Of a stretch of 64,000 bases of DNA, positions 11,116-22,024 are shown piece after piece; position 1 is the first letter of the stretch, and each line of letters starts with the position of its first letter. Source of the stretch: Fimicolochytrium jonesii (taxonomy: Eukaryota); NCBI RefSeq assembly GCF_025526975.1, contig NW_026515685.1:124001-188000 (forward strand). Direction: 5' to 3'. The position numbers and the translations under genes were made by a program. Under the pieces are notes generated by a model. That model had not been told where the DNA came from. It saw only the letters and a list, made by a program, of their open reading frames with translations, and did no database searches.

Positions 11116-12411
11116 ATGTGGAAAAAGAAGGAGATCTCCGTCAGCTCATCCTCTGTGAGTCCCCCCTCCACTCCCTCCTCCTCAATCCCCACGCTGATTT
11201 CCCCCTCCTTTCCATTCTCTCATTCAGGTGGTAGACCTAAAAGCCGAGCTCTTCCGCGCCCAAGAAGAATTCCAAAAGGAGAAACTCCGGACGGGAAGCA
11301 GTACACTAAGAGCCGTCTCCACCAAACCCATAAAGGTACCCTCCTCTCACATTACGGTGTCTTCCTACCAAGTCATACTGTTAACAATCGAAGTATTCTT
11401 CAGAAACCGCCCACAAACAAAGGCGTCGCCCAACGCGCCAAAAAAGACGTAATCGACAACGATGCGGAGAGGATAGAACCAAGCCTGGAAGCGAGCTGGG
11501 TTGCGTTGAAGCGGAAGGCGGAGGTTTATGAGCGGTTGGCGAGGGAGGGCGGTGGCGGAGATGTCGATGGTGATGATGAGAAGGAGGAGACGCTGGTCGA
11601 TTTTTTGATGAAGAATGCGGAGGGGGAGAAGGGGAAGGGTGTTGGCGATGCGTTTGATGTAAGCCACTCACCACTTCTTCGGCGAGAGGGTTGTATGTGG
11701 GAGTGATTGGTATTTGTTCGTGCAGGAAGAGAGTGAAGACCCGTGGGTAGAAGCCGTCGACGAGTTTGGACGGACACGGATCGTACGAAGGAGTCAGGTT
11801 GAAGGGCAGGGGTTACGGTAAGGCAAAAAGAAGCACACCGTTCAAATCGCGGAGAGGCCCGCCCATATATGTATGTGCTCACCTCGAAAAGCAGATTCAC
11901 AAAAGTCGACACAGACCCAACATCCGCCACCGACACCTCCTCCCATACACCAACCCTTATGTCCTCAGACATGCGTCAAGAGGCCGCACGACAAGAATGG
12001 GAACAATCCGCTCTCGCCTCCCTCCAATCCCCTTCGTCGCCCGCCCAAACACCACATTTCGACTCCGCACGTGAGATCCGCACGCTCGGGACCGGGTTTT
12101 ACCAGTTTTCGCAGTCGGCAGCCGAGCGGCAGAAGCAGATGGATGACTTGAAGAAGATTCGGGAGGAGACTGTTGTTGGGAGGGAGAGTGTTGCGGGGGG
12201 GAGGGAGAGGAGGAGGGGGAGGGTTGAGGAGAGGAGGGAGGCTCTGAGGGAGAGGAAGAGGAGGAGGGTTGAGCAGGGTGGGGATAAGAGAGAGGGACAG
12301 GGGGAAAAAGAGCAGCAAGATAAAGAAGGTGGGGATGAGGAGGGGAATAAGGAAGGGGATGTGAACCTTGCTGTGGATGATTTCTTGGCTGGGATTGTTG
12401 GGAACGTGTGA
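11116..12411 (+). CDS. CCDC174: CCDC174-like (DUF4078) protein, multi-exon
   Basis: VDLKAELFRAQEEF, LKRKAEVYERL, WVEAVDEFGRTR and HFDSAREIRTLGTGFYQFS motifs in successive exons. Confidence 0.8.
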
Positions 12412-12815
12412 TATGAGGCGGCGGTCATCGTTTGGCGACATCGATGCGGCGCACAAGACAGCACCAAGACGTCTTTCGCCGGGACTTTTTGGGCACATAA
12501 TCGCTCACGACCGCGATAGTCAGTGGTCCTCGGCACATCTACGGAAGGTCGAAAATCGCTGGTACAGACACTGCGTGCTGCATTGCACCGCCGACGCCAG
12601 TCAAATGTATTACCGGGACGACGCCTAGCACTCCAAAGCGGGTCCATCCGAGCCTTCGTCCGCCCACCGCCATGCGATTATGGAATAGAACTCACCCGCA
12701 CAGACGCGCATGTGTCATCTCCCAATCACAACCTAGCCGACATGCAGAGTGGAGATATCCCATCCTATACTCTCTATCAGTACCCGCCTACCACTGCCAA
12801 GTCATCCGGTCCCCC

Positions 12816-14204
12816 CTACTCAACCCCCCTTCCCCTCTCAAACACCACGCCATCCCCCACCCCACTTCTCCTCACCGGCAACATCCACCACCCCACACTC
12901 CCGTTCCCCATAACAGCTCGAATGTTGCGCATGCGGTGTCCGAGATCCCACGGGTTGACGGGCATGTAGAACGCGAAGGACTCGTCTTTGATGCGGATGT
13001 ATTCGAGCGTTGTTAGGTTGTTGATGAGGTTGTAGAGCTGCGCTCGTTGGGGCGGCGTCAATGTACATATACAAATACCAAATTTTTGGGGCGTGATTCC
13101 ATTACCTGCTGATACAACATCATCCCCAGAATACTGCCCACGGGGACCAACACGCACAGCACGACCGCCATGACCGTAATCTCGCCCAAGCCCGGGGCCT
13201 GTGTATGCTTCTGGTCGGTGTGGATGAAATGGATGATGGAGAGGACGAGGCTGAGGAGGCGGGCGAGGAGGAGCAGGGCGCAGAGGAGGGTGGAGAGGAC
13301 GGTGAAGAGGAGGAAGCGGATGAAGTGTGGTTGGTTGCCGTGGCCTATGCATGTATCTGAGTGGGGAACCGACGGGTGTGAGATGTTGCCTTTGCCTATG
13401 ATTTGGAGATGTAATCCAGTGCGGGACGTTACTTAGCCATTTGCCTATATCGGATTCAAACGTGGAATGGTTCTTCAGTCAAGATTCGCACGGTCGCCCT
13501 TGCCTTGACGAAAACGGGTATCACTCACAATGATGGTCCATACGTCTGCAACGAAACGGGTCGGTTACCACTGATCAGCTTCAGATGTCCCTCCACGCGT
13601 ATGCGGAAGTATGGCGCTTACAGGACGCAACGCTCGCATCTGCGACAATGATGCGTACGGGGCGGTTTCCCAATGTTGCATTTATGGCAATAGGTTGAGG
13701 AGGGGAGGTCGGCGGTCGGTTGTCTAAAATGTCGGATGTTGGATTCGGGATTTGATAATGTTGGGGTACCTGCAGGTGGTTGCCTAAACTTACGTAGGTG
13801 GCGGGCTGGACCATGTCGATGGAACTCTTCCCGGGTCTATTTCAAACGACATAGGCCGTAGGAGTTGGTTTTCTCATGTTTGCTCGTATGGGGTATGTAC
13901 GCAGGAGGACACATACCAGTTAACCGACACGCAATCCCATTCACGATGGCCAAGATCACAACCAGGTCAAAGACCCCGAGCACGAGCGTCGACCCGAACG
14001 TGAGTGGGCGCAGCCATGGCAGGAAGACGAAGAGTTGGGAGAGCAGGGGGAGGGATGTTACTGCCTGCCCGGAGGGTGTGAGAAGCGCACTTGGTAAACG
14101 GGGACGCAAGTGTAATGAGAGTCATTGGACATACGTAGAGTGACGGCTGTGATGGCGAAGAGGGCGTCTCCGGAGCGATCGTCGGTCCCTCTGTTCCTGC
14201 CCAT
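12816..14204 (-). CDS. PFA4: DHHC palmitoyltransferase, Pfa4-like, multi-exon
   Basis: Manual splicing gives YCHKCNIGKPPRTHHCRRCERCVL, a micro-exon MDHH(C), IGHGNQPHFIRFL, NLTTLE and NPWDLG; ATG at 14204. Confidence 0.85.
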
Positions 14205-14554
14205 TCCACTTGATGGCCGTTCTTGCCAGTGGGATTTGGATTGAGAAAGGAGGTATCAAATGTTCATTTGGCGCTCTCAAGCTTTACAAGTTCTGGGTGG
14301 CGGTAATGTCAGGCCTTCTGAAAAGTTCCCACCTTGCCATATGTAGACCACCATAAGACATCAAACTTTTTCCATTACAATCCCGCACTGTAAACATGTA
14401 TTATGCAATACCGTCTCCCGGATAAAAGAAGAAAGAAAAGGCAAAAAAAAATATACAAGAAAAAAGGTCTGCTATGCTCATAGGAAGTTAGCTAAAGCAA
14501 GGGGAAACTATGAAATGCACAATACGCCTGAAATACGCCGAAAGATTCCGTTCA

Positions 14555-17272
14555 TCACCGGACAAGGGCGTCATGTGCGGTCTCATCCGCCCCAGCCCCC
14601 TTCTCCCCCCTCTTCTCCCTCTCCCTCAACCTCTCCACCGCCTTATACCCCGCCACCTTCGTAAAATCCACCCCTCCACACGCATCCGCAATAACCCCCT
14701 TCGCACCCTCCCACCTCCCCGGCCCATTGACCCTATACTGCGCCGGCACCGCAGGCCCCAACAGAATCTGACTCGCCAGCACAAACTCCTTCCCTCTAAC
14801 CAGTCCCCACAGATCCGGTTTACACCCGATTTGGGTAGCAATGTCGTCCATGTAACTGACGAAATCGACTTGGATCGTGTGCCGTTCCGTGAGGACGTGC
14901 GTCGGTTTATAGTTGTGTGTCCAGTTTATGTCGACTTCGTCGCGCATTTGGGTGGGTGAGGGAAGGGGGGTTTGGGTCGGGTTGCCCGAAAAGACGCGAG
15001 AGACCCACCGCGCCTGCATTTCTGAGACGGGCATCACGGCGCCGATGGGTTGTACGAGTCCGACAAACGCGATATTTTTGTGGAAGACGGGGAAGACGTT
15101 CTTGTATAGACGGACGCGGTTGGAGTCGGGTCGTTCACGGCCGAGGATATCCAGCGAGGTTTGGGGGGAGAGGAAGGGGTGTTCGATTTTGTAGCCTGTG
15201 CAGTAGATGACTTGGTCGATCTGTTCCACTGTGCCGTCTTCAAATACGACCGTGTTTGTCCGTGGGACCCCTGTTGATGTGCTTGTGGTCGCTGCGAATT
15301 CGGCGACGTTGGGTCGGACGAGGATCTTGCCCGCTGCTATCCGGTCCAGGATGTGTCCGTTCACTGTCGGGTGGGCGTCGAAGATCCCGTGTTTTGGCTT
15401 CAGGCCGAAGCGGGAAAGGTCGCCGTTTTGGAACTTCATTGCTGTTTCGAAGAGGTAGTTCGTCAACGGCCTGGGAAGGGACGCTGCTAGACGGGTGGAG
15501 AGATGGTCTAGGGGGACTCCGAATAAGGAGCTGCGCGGGAGAATCCATTGCCCGCTACGAGCGGAGAGGATGACTTGTTTGGCGTGGTGAGACAGTTCAG
15601 TGGCAATGTCGGCTCCTGAGTTCCCGATGCCGACGATAAGCACACGTTGATCCTTGAACGGATATGGTCTGCAAACAGAAGGAAATCAGGATATGTTTTG
15701 CGTGCGCCCTTTCCAAAGCGGATTCCATGCCACTCACACTTTGTAAGAATGTGAATGCAACATCCCTCCCTCAAAGTTCTCCATCCCCTTAAACTCCGGT
15801 AATTTCGGCTTCCAATGATGTCCCGTCGCAATGATAACATAATCAAACGTCTCGCATTTCGACCGCACGCGCGACACGGATCTAAACCTCCCCCCATACG
15901 ATTTATGCGGACTTTCCCCATCGTGTTTCCCACCACTTTTCTGACTCGCCGAGCTCGGTGCCAGCAGACCTTTGCGCGACTGGCTCAACGATCGCCGCGA
16001 CGAATCGGGTGCGGGCACGATATCGTCCGGTGGTGTGGAATGAGACCGCTCGGGGATGGGTTCGTAACCAGCCGCGGGATCGTAGTCGGAGAATGTTTGC
16101 GAAGGAACGCGATGTAACGTGCTCGACGTGACGTTGTTTTGGGAGTACAGCGTGTCCCCTGATGAGTTCAGGATTGGATCTAGGATCCGCGCTTGGGCAT
16201 TTCCGTGCCTGCCGCGACTCGTTGATCGAGGGCGTCTACCGTCCACGGCGTCGGGCACATCTATCGACGGGACAGGTCGAGGAGGAAGCGGCGGTCGGAT
16301 GGCGGACAGGTCTGGCGACATTGCTGGTGTCGGTGGGACACCGTAAATGTTTGTTTGTGCCTGTTTTCTCCTCACTTTCTGCGTTACTATCTCCCATTTT
16401 CCCGTGTTTTCCCCTGTTTTTTCGTCCGTTTCGGGAGACACGGATATGACCTTTCTGTTGAACTTTATGTGCTCGCGGAGTTTGAAATGGTCGCAGTAGG
16501 AATTCAGGTATTTCACCACAAAGCGGTGGGGTAAGAACGTCGGCCACTCTTTGGGTGCAGGAAAATCCGAATACGCCATCATTCTTCGGAAAAAAAACCA
16601 AAGCCATCAGTCAATCATGTCATCCATCAACCATCATCCATCACCCATCATCCATCAACCATTAACCATCATCCATTGAACATCAACATCATCAAGCGAA
16701 GTAAGAACGACCTCGGCTCACTAACGCTCGCCATCCTCAAGCTTGCGCCTCCGGCGCAATCGGGCGCGCTAGTGGTCGCCTTCTCCTGACGGCCCACTAC
16801 CCAGTTAGCCTCGCTATCGCTCGCATTCTCCTCGCTGCCGCTCGGAACCTCAAGCAATCCCCTCGCTATCGCTCGGATCCGCAAGCATTCCTGCGGCTCC
16901 GGCGCAAACAACCAGTATCGCTCGAGTCTCCCTCCACTCGGGTACTCACTCTTTACTAGTATTAATTATCGTACTCATGTAAACACTAGAATGGGTATCG
17001 TCCCCACCCTGGGGCACATATCTCCAAAGCCCTCCAACTTGAGGTTCCTGGTCGAAGCAAACGACGTCGAGTCCTTCAGCGAGACACTCTTTGAGCGACG
17101 CGAGTCCCGAGGCGCCTGCGTTTCGGGGAATTGTAAGAGTTCAGTGAGGGCGGTGGACGGCTTTCCTGGGAAAGGCGTGACTTTCCTTACCTGCTCCTAT
17201 TACGGCGACTCTCCTTCGAGGGCGGTCGGGAAGTGGTGGCGCTGCACTCGTGTCCGGCGAGGCGACTGACAT
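14555..17272 (-). CDS. Flavin-containing monooxygenase (FMO, class B), multi-exon
   Basis: VAVIGAGASGL FAD motif, GGLWRY, NTSKEMMAYSDF, FEGGMLHSHSYK fingerprint, GIGNSGADIA NADPH motif, YCTGY, SEMQARW. Confidence 0.93.
16621..16693. repeat. Degenerate CATCCATCAAC-type simple repeat in the long FMO intron
   Basis: Read directly; lies within intron 16584-16949. Confidence 0.75.
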
Positions 17273-18220
17273 GGTTGCTTGGCTCTCTGGGTATGGCTAG
17301 ATCACGGGAGACTTCTGGTACGGACGAGAGAGACGAGTGCGGAGCGTGGGAATATTCAGAAAACAGGGGCAGCAGCTCCTTGCGTCTGAGAAAGCAACCT
17401 CCTGGGGCGGGTGGTCCTCCTGCCAAGAGCGAGCGAGCGCCTTGAGCTCTCTGTGACGTTTTGGCGCCGTTAGCTTTGCAGTCCCTCGTGCGTTTTTGTG
17501 CCTTTGCCGATCTCGACCCACATCGGGGGCCGTCGCTGAATTGATTTGATTCAGAGATCGGTTGGTTGCATTCGTGGCGTCCGCTAATCATCGCCCTAAT
17601 GCAATCAGTCCTATCGCGTGACGCCCGCTAAATTATGAGCGGCCAGGGACTGCAAAATGGCGCTGGCTTTGCGCTTGCTTCCGTCACGTTTCCCTTTGAG
17701 AGGAAGCCCCCCGGTGATAGGCTCTTGGCCGCTAAGATGGTTTCCTTGCAAGATTGAGGCCTATGATTATCATCGCAGCTGAATTGGATGCAGGGCTGGT
17801 GCAGTCTTTTGGATGCGATGGTTCATGAAAGGGCGAGGCGAGTGGCAGCCGGTGGTGAACCACGGCACGGATGACATTTCGACGGGTAGAGCCAGCCAGC
17901 CAGGCTAACCACGCCTCAATGCCTCCGCATAGGGAAGCAAGGGAGAATGAAATGCAGCTTGCCTCAACAATTGCGCGATGGGCGAGTAGGAATGGGGCTG
18001 GGATAGGATATGAGCGGATGGTGGTCCCGTTCCGGAAAACTCCTGTGATATGACATCATACTGTATATGGATTTGAATTTTCGCTTACCTTTGATCGCAA
18101 GCGCTCTGAGTGCTCAAAAAAAGCTGCCGGACTTGCGAAGGTATGTACTCCTATCAAGACAGCGCGTGCACTATCTGCTCTGGACGAGGAACGTAGTCCT
18201 CTAGAGTGTATGGACGAGGA

Positions 18221-18306
18221 GGAGGTTGCTTAGTAAGCTTCTCAATTTTTCTTCTCGAGTGAATAAATAACAGATAACCCTAGCTCCCTTTCCCTTTATC
18301 TCTTTT
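18221..18306. repeat. DIRS inverted terminal repeat (element 3' end)
   Basis: 86 bp; reverse complement of 23889-23974 with 1 mismatch. Confidence 0.95.
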
Positions 18307-18525
18307 GAACTATCGAGTGCTATGACTGAAAAGCTACGGTGGGAGGGGGGGATGTTTCGATGAAGAAAAAGAACTCGCTAGCGGGAGCGCAGTGCGCAAT
18401 TTAGGACCTAACGTCCAGGGAAACCCGTAAACCCGTAAGAATGTTGATAAATAAACTGACGCGAATTGAGAGGCGAATGCGGCCTGCGAGAGGAGGTGCT
18501 TAGTGCGGTGGGTAGTGAGGTGGGA

Positions 18526-18613
18526 TACTAAGCAACCTCCTCCTCGTCCATACACTCTAGAGGACTACGTTCCTCGTCCAGAGCCAGAATGGACTCCGTT
18601 CGGAGGTTGCTTA
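18526..18613. repeat. DIRS internal complementary region (ICR)
   Basis: 18526-18584 is the reverse complement of 18177-18235; 18588-18613 is the reverse complement of 23963-23988. Confidence 0.95.
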
Positions 18614-19640
18614 TTTGTCGATAAAGCCGTATTTGCCGCCGTATCGCGTAGGAATTCGTCGTAGGTGCGGCCTCAGCGTAAATATCGTCGATACCGATGG
18701 TGTAATGCGTTTGGAACACCCGCGAATTGGGTACCCAACGTCCCCGTTTGATTGTTTCGTCGCTGAGGCCGCTGCGCGACTGCGCGGTCGTGACGGCGTG
18801 AGTGATGGACTTCATTGTGAACTCGTTGTCGATGCCGGCCGCTCGGAGTACATTGTCGACGAGGTGGCTGATGGTTCCGGGAGCCATTGGTGAATCCTGC
18901 TACCGGTTGATGAATACTTCCGCAATGTCGTTGCGACGGGCGCCCTGCACGGTGATGAGTGAGGTGTAGAGCTCCGCAACGTCGAGGTTCGGCGTGTGTT
19001 CGATGGGGGGAACGTCGATCACACGGTAGTCGCCTTGTTTGAAGACTGTGGCATCATGCGAGTGGTTGGGACGCCATTCCTTGGGTCGTCGCGAGCGGAG
19101 TTTGAGCGAGTGGTCGGTGATGATGGTGCGTGCGTGAATGAGTGTCGCGAGGTGATTGGGGCGACACTTCATCGTGAGCATGATGGTGACGGCGAGCTGC
19201 GAGGGTAGCCATTCGAGCGTTTCGAGCCGCGGGCGGCGAGCGATGTGTTGCCAGAGCGTCGCTGGGTCCCAAATGGTTTTGTATGCCTTTTCGGTGGGCT
19301 TGGTTGAACGTGCCAGACCTCGGAAAAATCGTTGTATGTCCGGCGAAGTACTGATCAGTGTTTCGTCGCCGGTAATTTGTTGGAGTGTGTTTGCGATCGC
19401 TGACCGGTAGCCTTTTAGGGTTCGGACGGCGAGTCGTTTTTCGGAATGAACGTCGGTGAGGAAGTTCAGAATCGATGAATGGCCGGCGCAAACGGGATCA
19501 AGGTGTTGTCGTATACACCAGCGTACGTATATACTCCAAATGGAGTTGTAGTTTGCGTCGTTCGCGAGCGATTTGAGCGTGATGTCGATAGCTGTCTGCG
19601 ATAAGCCTCGCTGTGCGCCATAATGCCGGATAACCGCCAT
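18528..19640 (-). pseudogene. DIRS tyrosine recombinase (in-frame TAG at 18900-18902)
   Basis: SAM-like binding domain (YNSIWSIYVRWC, TLKGYRSAI, RFFRGL), IWDP, KCRP, GRW...FQTHY. ORFs 18900..20771 and 18528..18887 share a frame and are separated by one stop. Confidence 0.9.
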
Positions 19641-21989
19641 GCGATCGTGAGGGTCCACGGTGGTTCGCGAAGAGGGAGCCCGCTCTGTGCTTGGAAAACC
19701 TTGGGTTTGGACGGAATTGGAATCGGGTCGGCGATTGAGAGACGCAGGAGGAGCGGGAATGCCGCGTGCGACGGCCAGAACGGTGTTATAAGGGTCAGGT
19801 CGTGCACTTCCTCGTCGCTGATCTTGCGGGCAATGCTCGTAATGAGCAGCCACGGCGGTTTCGCGTAGCATAGGTGATGATTCCATGATATTTGCAAGGC
19901 GTCGACTGCGAATGCTTGTGGGTCTCGCGGGTCCAACGTGCAGTAGTTCGGAATGCGGTGATCGCGGTTTGTGCCCGTCGCAAACAGCTCCATTGTGTGA
20001 TTCACTTTCCACCGGCCCTGAATCTGCCGGAGAATGCGCGGGTTGAGCTGGTAGTCGTTCCGATCGTTCTGCTGGCGAGAATCCAAGTCCGCGATCACAT
20101 TCTCTTTGCCCGGAACGTGAAGGGCTTGCCATGTCGTGTTCTGGTGTTGGTAGCGGAGGAGAAGGTGCTCGATCACCTGGGAAAGACGATCCGCGCGGCC
20201 GCCGCCCTTGTTGAAGTAGAACATTGTCGGCGTGTTGTCCGTCATGTGGATGACGTGGGCGTTCGAGAAGTCGAAACCATGTCACTCGTGAAGGAGGTCG
20301 ACGGTGCGGACTTGAGCTATGGCTTCGAGGACGTTGTTGGAGACCAGGCGATCGAGCTTCTGCCGCCGAATGGCCCGTTGAAGATCGGCGAAGAATAACT
20401 CGGGAAAGTAGCGTTGAATGAGCACGGGTGTCCACAGTTCCTGGACGCGAATGAGCTGACCGGTTTGGGGATGTTGGCAATTTCCGCCCCATCCGTGGTT
20501 CGGGGATGCGTCGGCGAATATGCGGTAGTCTGCGTCCGTCGTGAACAAGCTCTTTCCATTCCACGCAGTGAGGTTGTTTGCGAACTCGCGAAGGAGGGTG
20601 CGGGTCGGGGTTGGAATCATGCAGAATGCGCGGGGATGACGAGCTTCCCGTTTCCAGTCGAAGGTCTTCTTCTGGACTACTCTTCGCAGCGCGCGGGTGA
20701 GGGGTTGAGAGAACGTTTTCGCTATCGTAATTGCCGGCGTGATGGCCTGAATCTTGCCGAGGATGTGCCACAGGCTACCTGGCATGCGGGGATGCGTGTG
20801 CGGCGACTGGTTTGACGGAGGAGCCGGATCATGGTGCGGAGTTTGTCGGGAGGAAGGCGCATGGTTTTGAGGGTGAGGTCCCAATCCCAGCCGACGTAGC
20901 GGGTCGTCTGCGAGGGGGTGATGTCGCATTTGGCCCACTTGAAAATGCAACCGAGGAGCTGCATTAACCGCAGGGTGAACAGCATCCCTTCGAGGCATTG
21001 GAGTTGCGTTGTCGCGACGTTGAGGAAATCGTCGACCCACGCAAGAATGGTGTGCCCGTTGTGGGGTACTATCTTGAGGATGGCCTTCATCGTTTTCGTG
21101 AAGACTTCGGGGGCGTGATTCTGTCCGAAAAGCATTGCTATCGCGCCGTAGTAGCGTCCGCCGGTGCGGAGCATTAGCCGGTTCCGTTCGCGGGGGTGAT
21201 TGGCGATGATGTTGTAGGCGTCGGCGAGGTCCGTCCCACTGGCCCAGTTCGCCGTTGCCATCACTTCCTGCACAGTTTTTACCGTCTCCATTTTGAAGTG
21301 CCCCGTCGGGCTCTGCTCGTTGACGCCGGTGTAGTCGACAATCTGGCGCCATTTTGAGCGGGAGGGTTGATATACCATGAAGACCGGTGAGGTGATGTGC
21401 CCCGGCGGGAGAGTCGGGCCGTGAGCGCGCATCTCGTCGGTGCAGTCCTCGATGATCCCTTTCGCGAGACAGTCGTCGAGTTTGAGTTTTAGTTGATCGC
21501 GCTCGGTCGTTGAGAGGTGGTACTCGCCGGCGTAACGTCGCATTTGTTGGGGGATTGAGCCCATTTGGTTTTGACGCCGTACGTGACTATGTTCAGGATC
21601 TCGTCGTTGATGGAGAAACTCTTCCAGTGTCGGGCAAAGTGCTTTAGTCGTCCGCCGGGAGGTATGGTGAGATGCGGGTGAGGAAATAACCACTCCATCC
21701 ACTGCGTCCGTGTCGTTGCATTGCTTTGTTCTACTCGTTGTAGGAGCGGGAGTAGCCAGAGGAGGTCGTCGCGCGACACCCACGGTCGGGGATGGGGATG
21801 GGGATGGGGATGCTCGTCGTCCTGGGCTGGCGGAATTGAACACCATCCCTCGTTGAGGTGCGGCCCGCTGACCCAGTGGGTCCATTGTGCGCGCCATTGA
21901 AGAATGCGTGGCTCGTTCGGGAAGGGTAATTGTGTGAGAGGGATTGGTTTTGGGTCCGGTGCATCCAGCATATCCGGCATATCCGGCAT
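19466..21989 (-). pseudogene. DIRS pol: reverse transcriptase - RNase H - N6-adenine methyltransferase-like (2 frameshifts, 1 stop)
   Basis: GGRLKHFARHW; HFKMET; DLADAY; LFGQNHAP; AWVDD; RNase H FADAS..GWGG, NVLE, TDN, HVPGKENVIADLDSR; MT ELFA, DALQISW, YAKPPW, LITPFWP. Frameshifts near 21550 and 20790; TGA at 20282-20284. Confidence 0.93.
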
Positions 21990-22024
21990 ATCCGGTGCGT
22001 TCGTCGTCGCCGTTGAGCATTCCT

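Noticed and set aside
18306..18526. Hammerhead ribozyme in the DIRS 3' region
   Set aside because: No CTGANGA...GAAA core with flanking stems found by eye on either strand.
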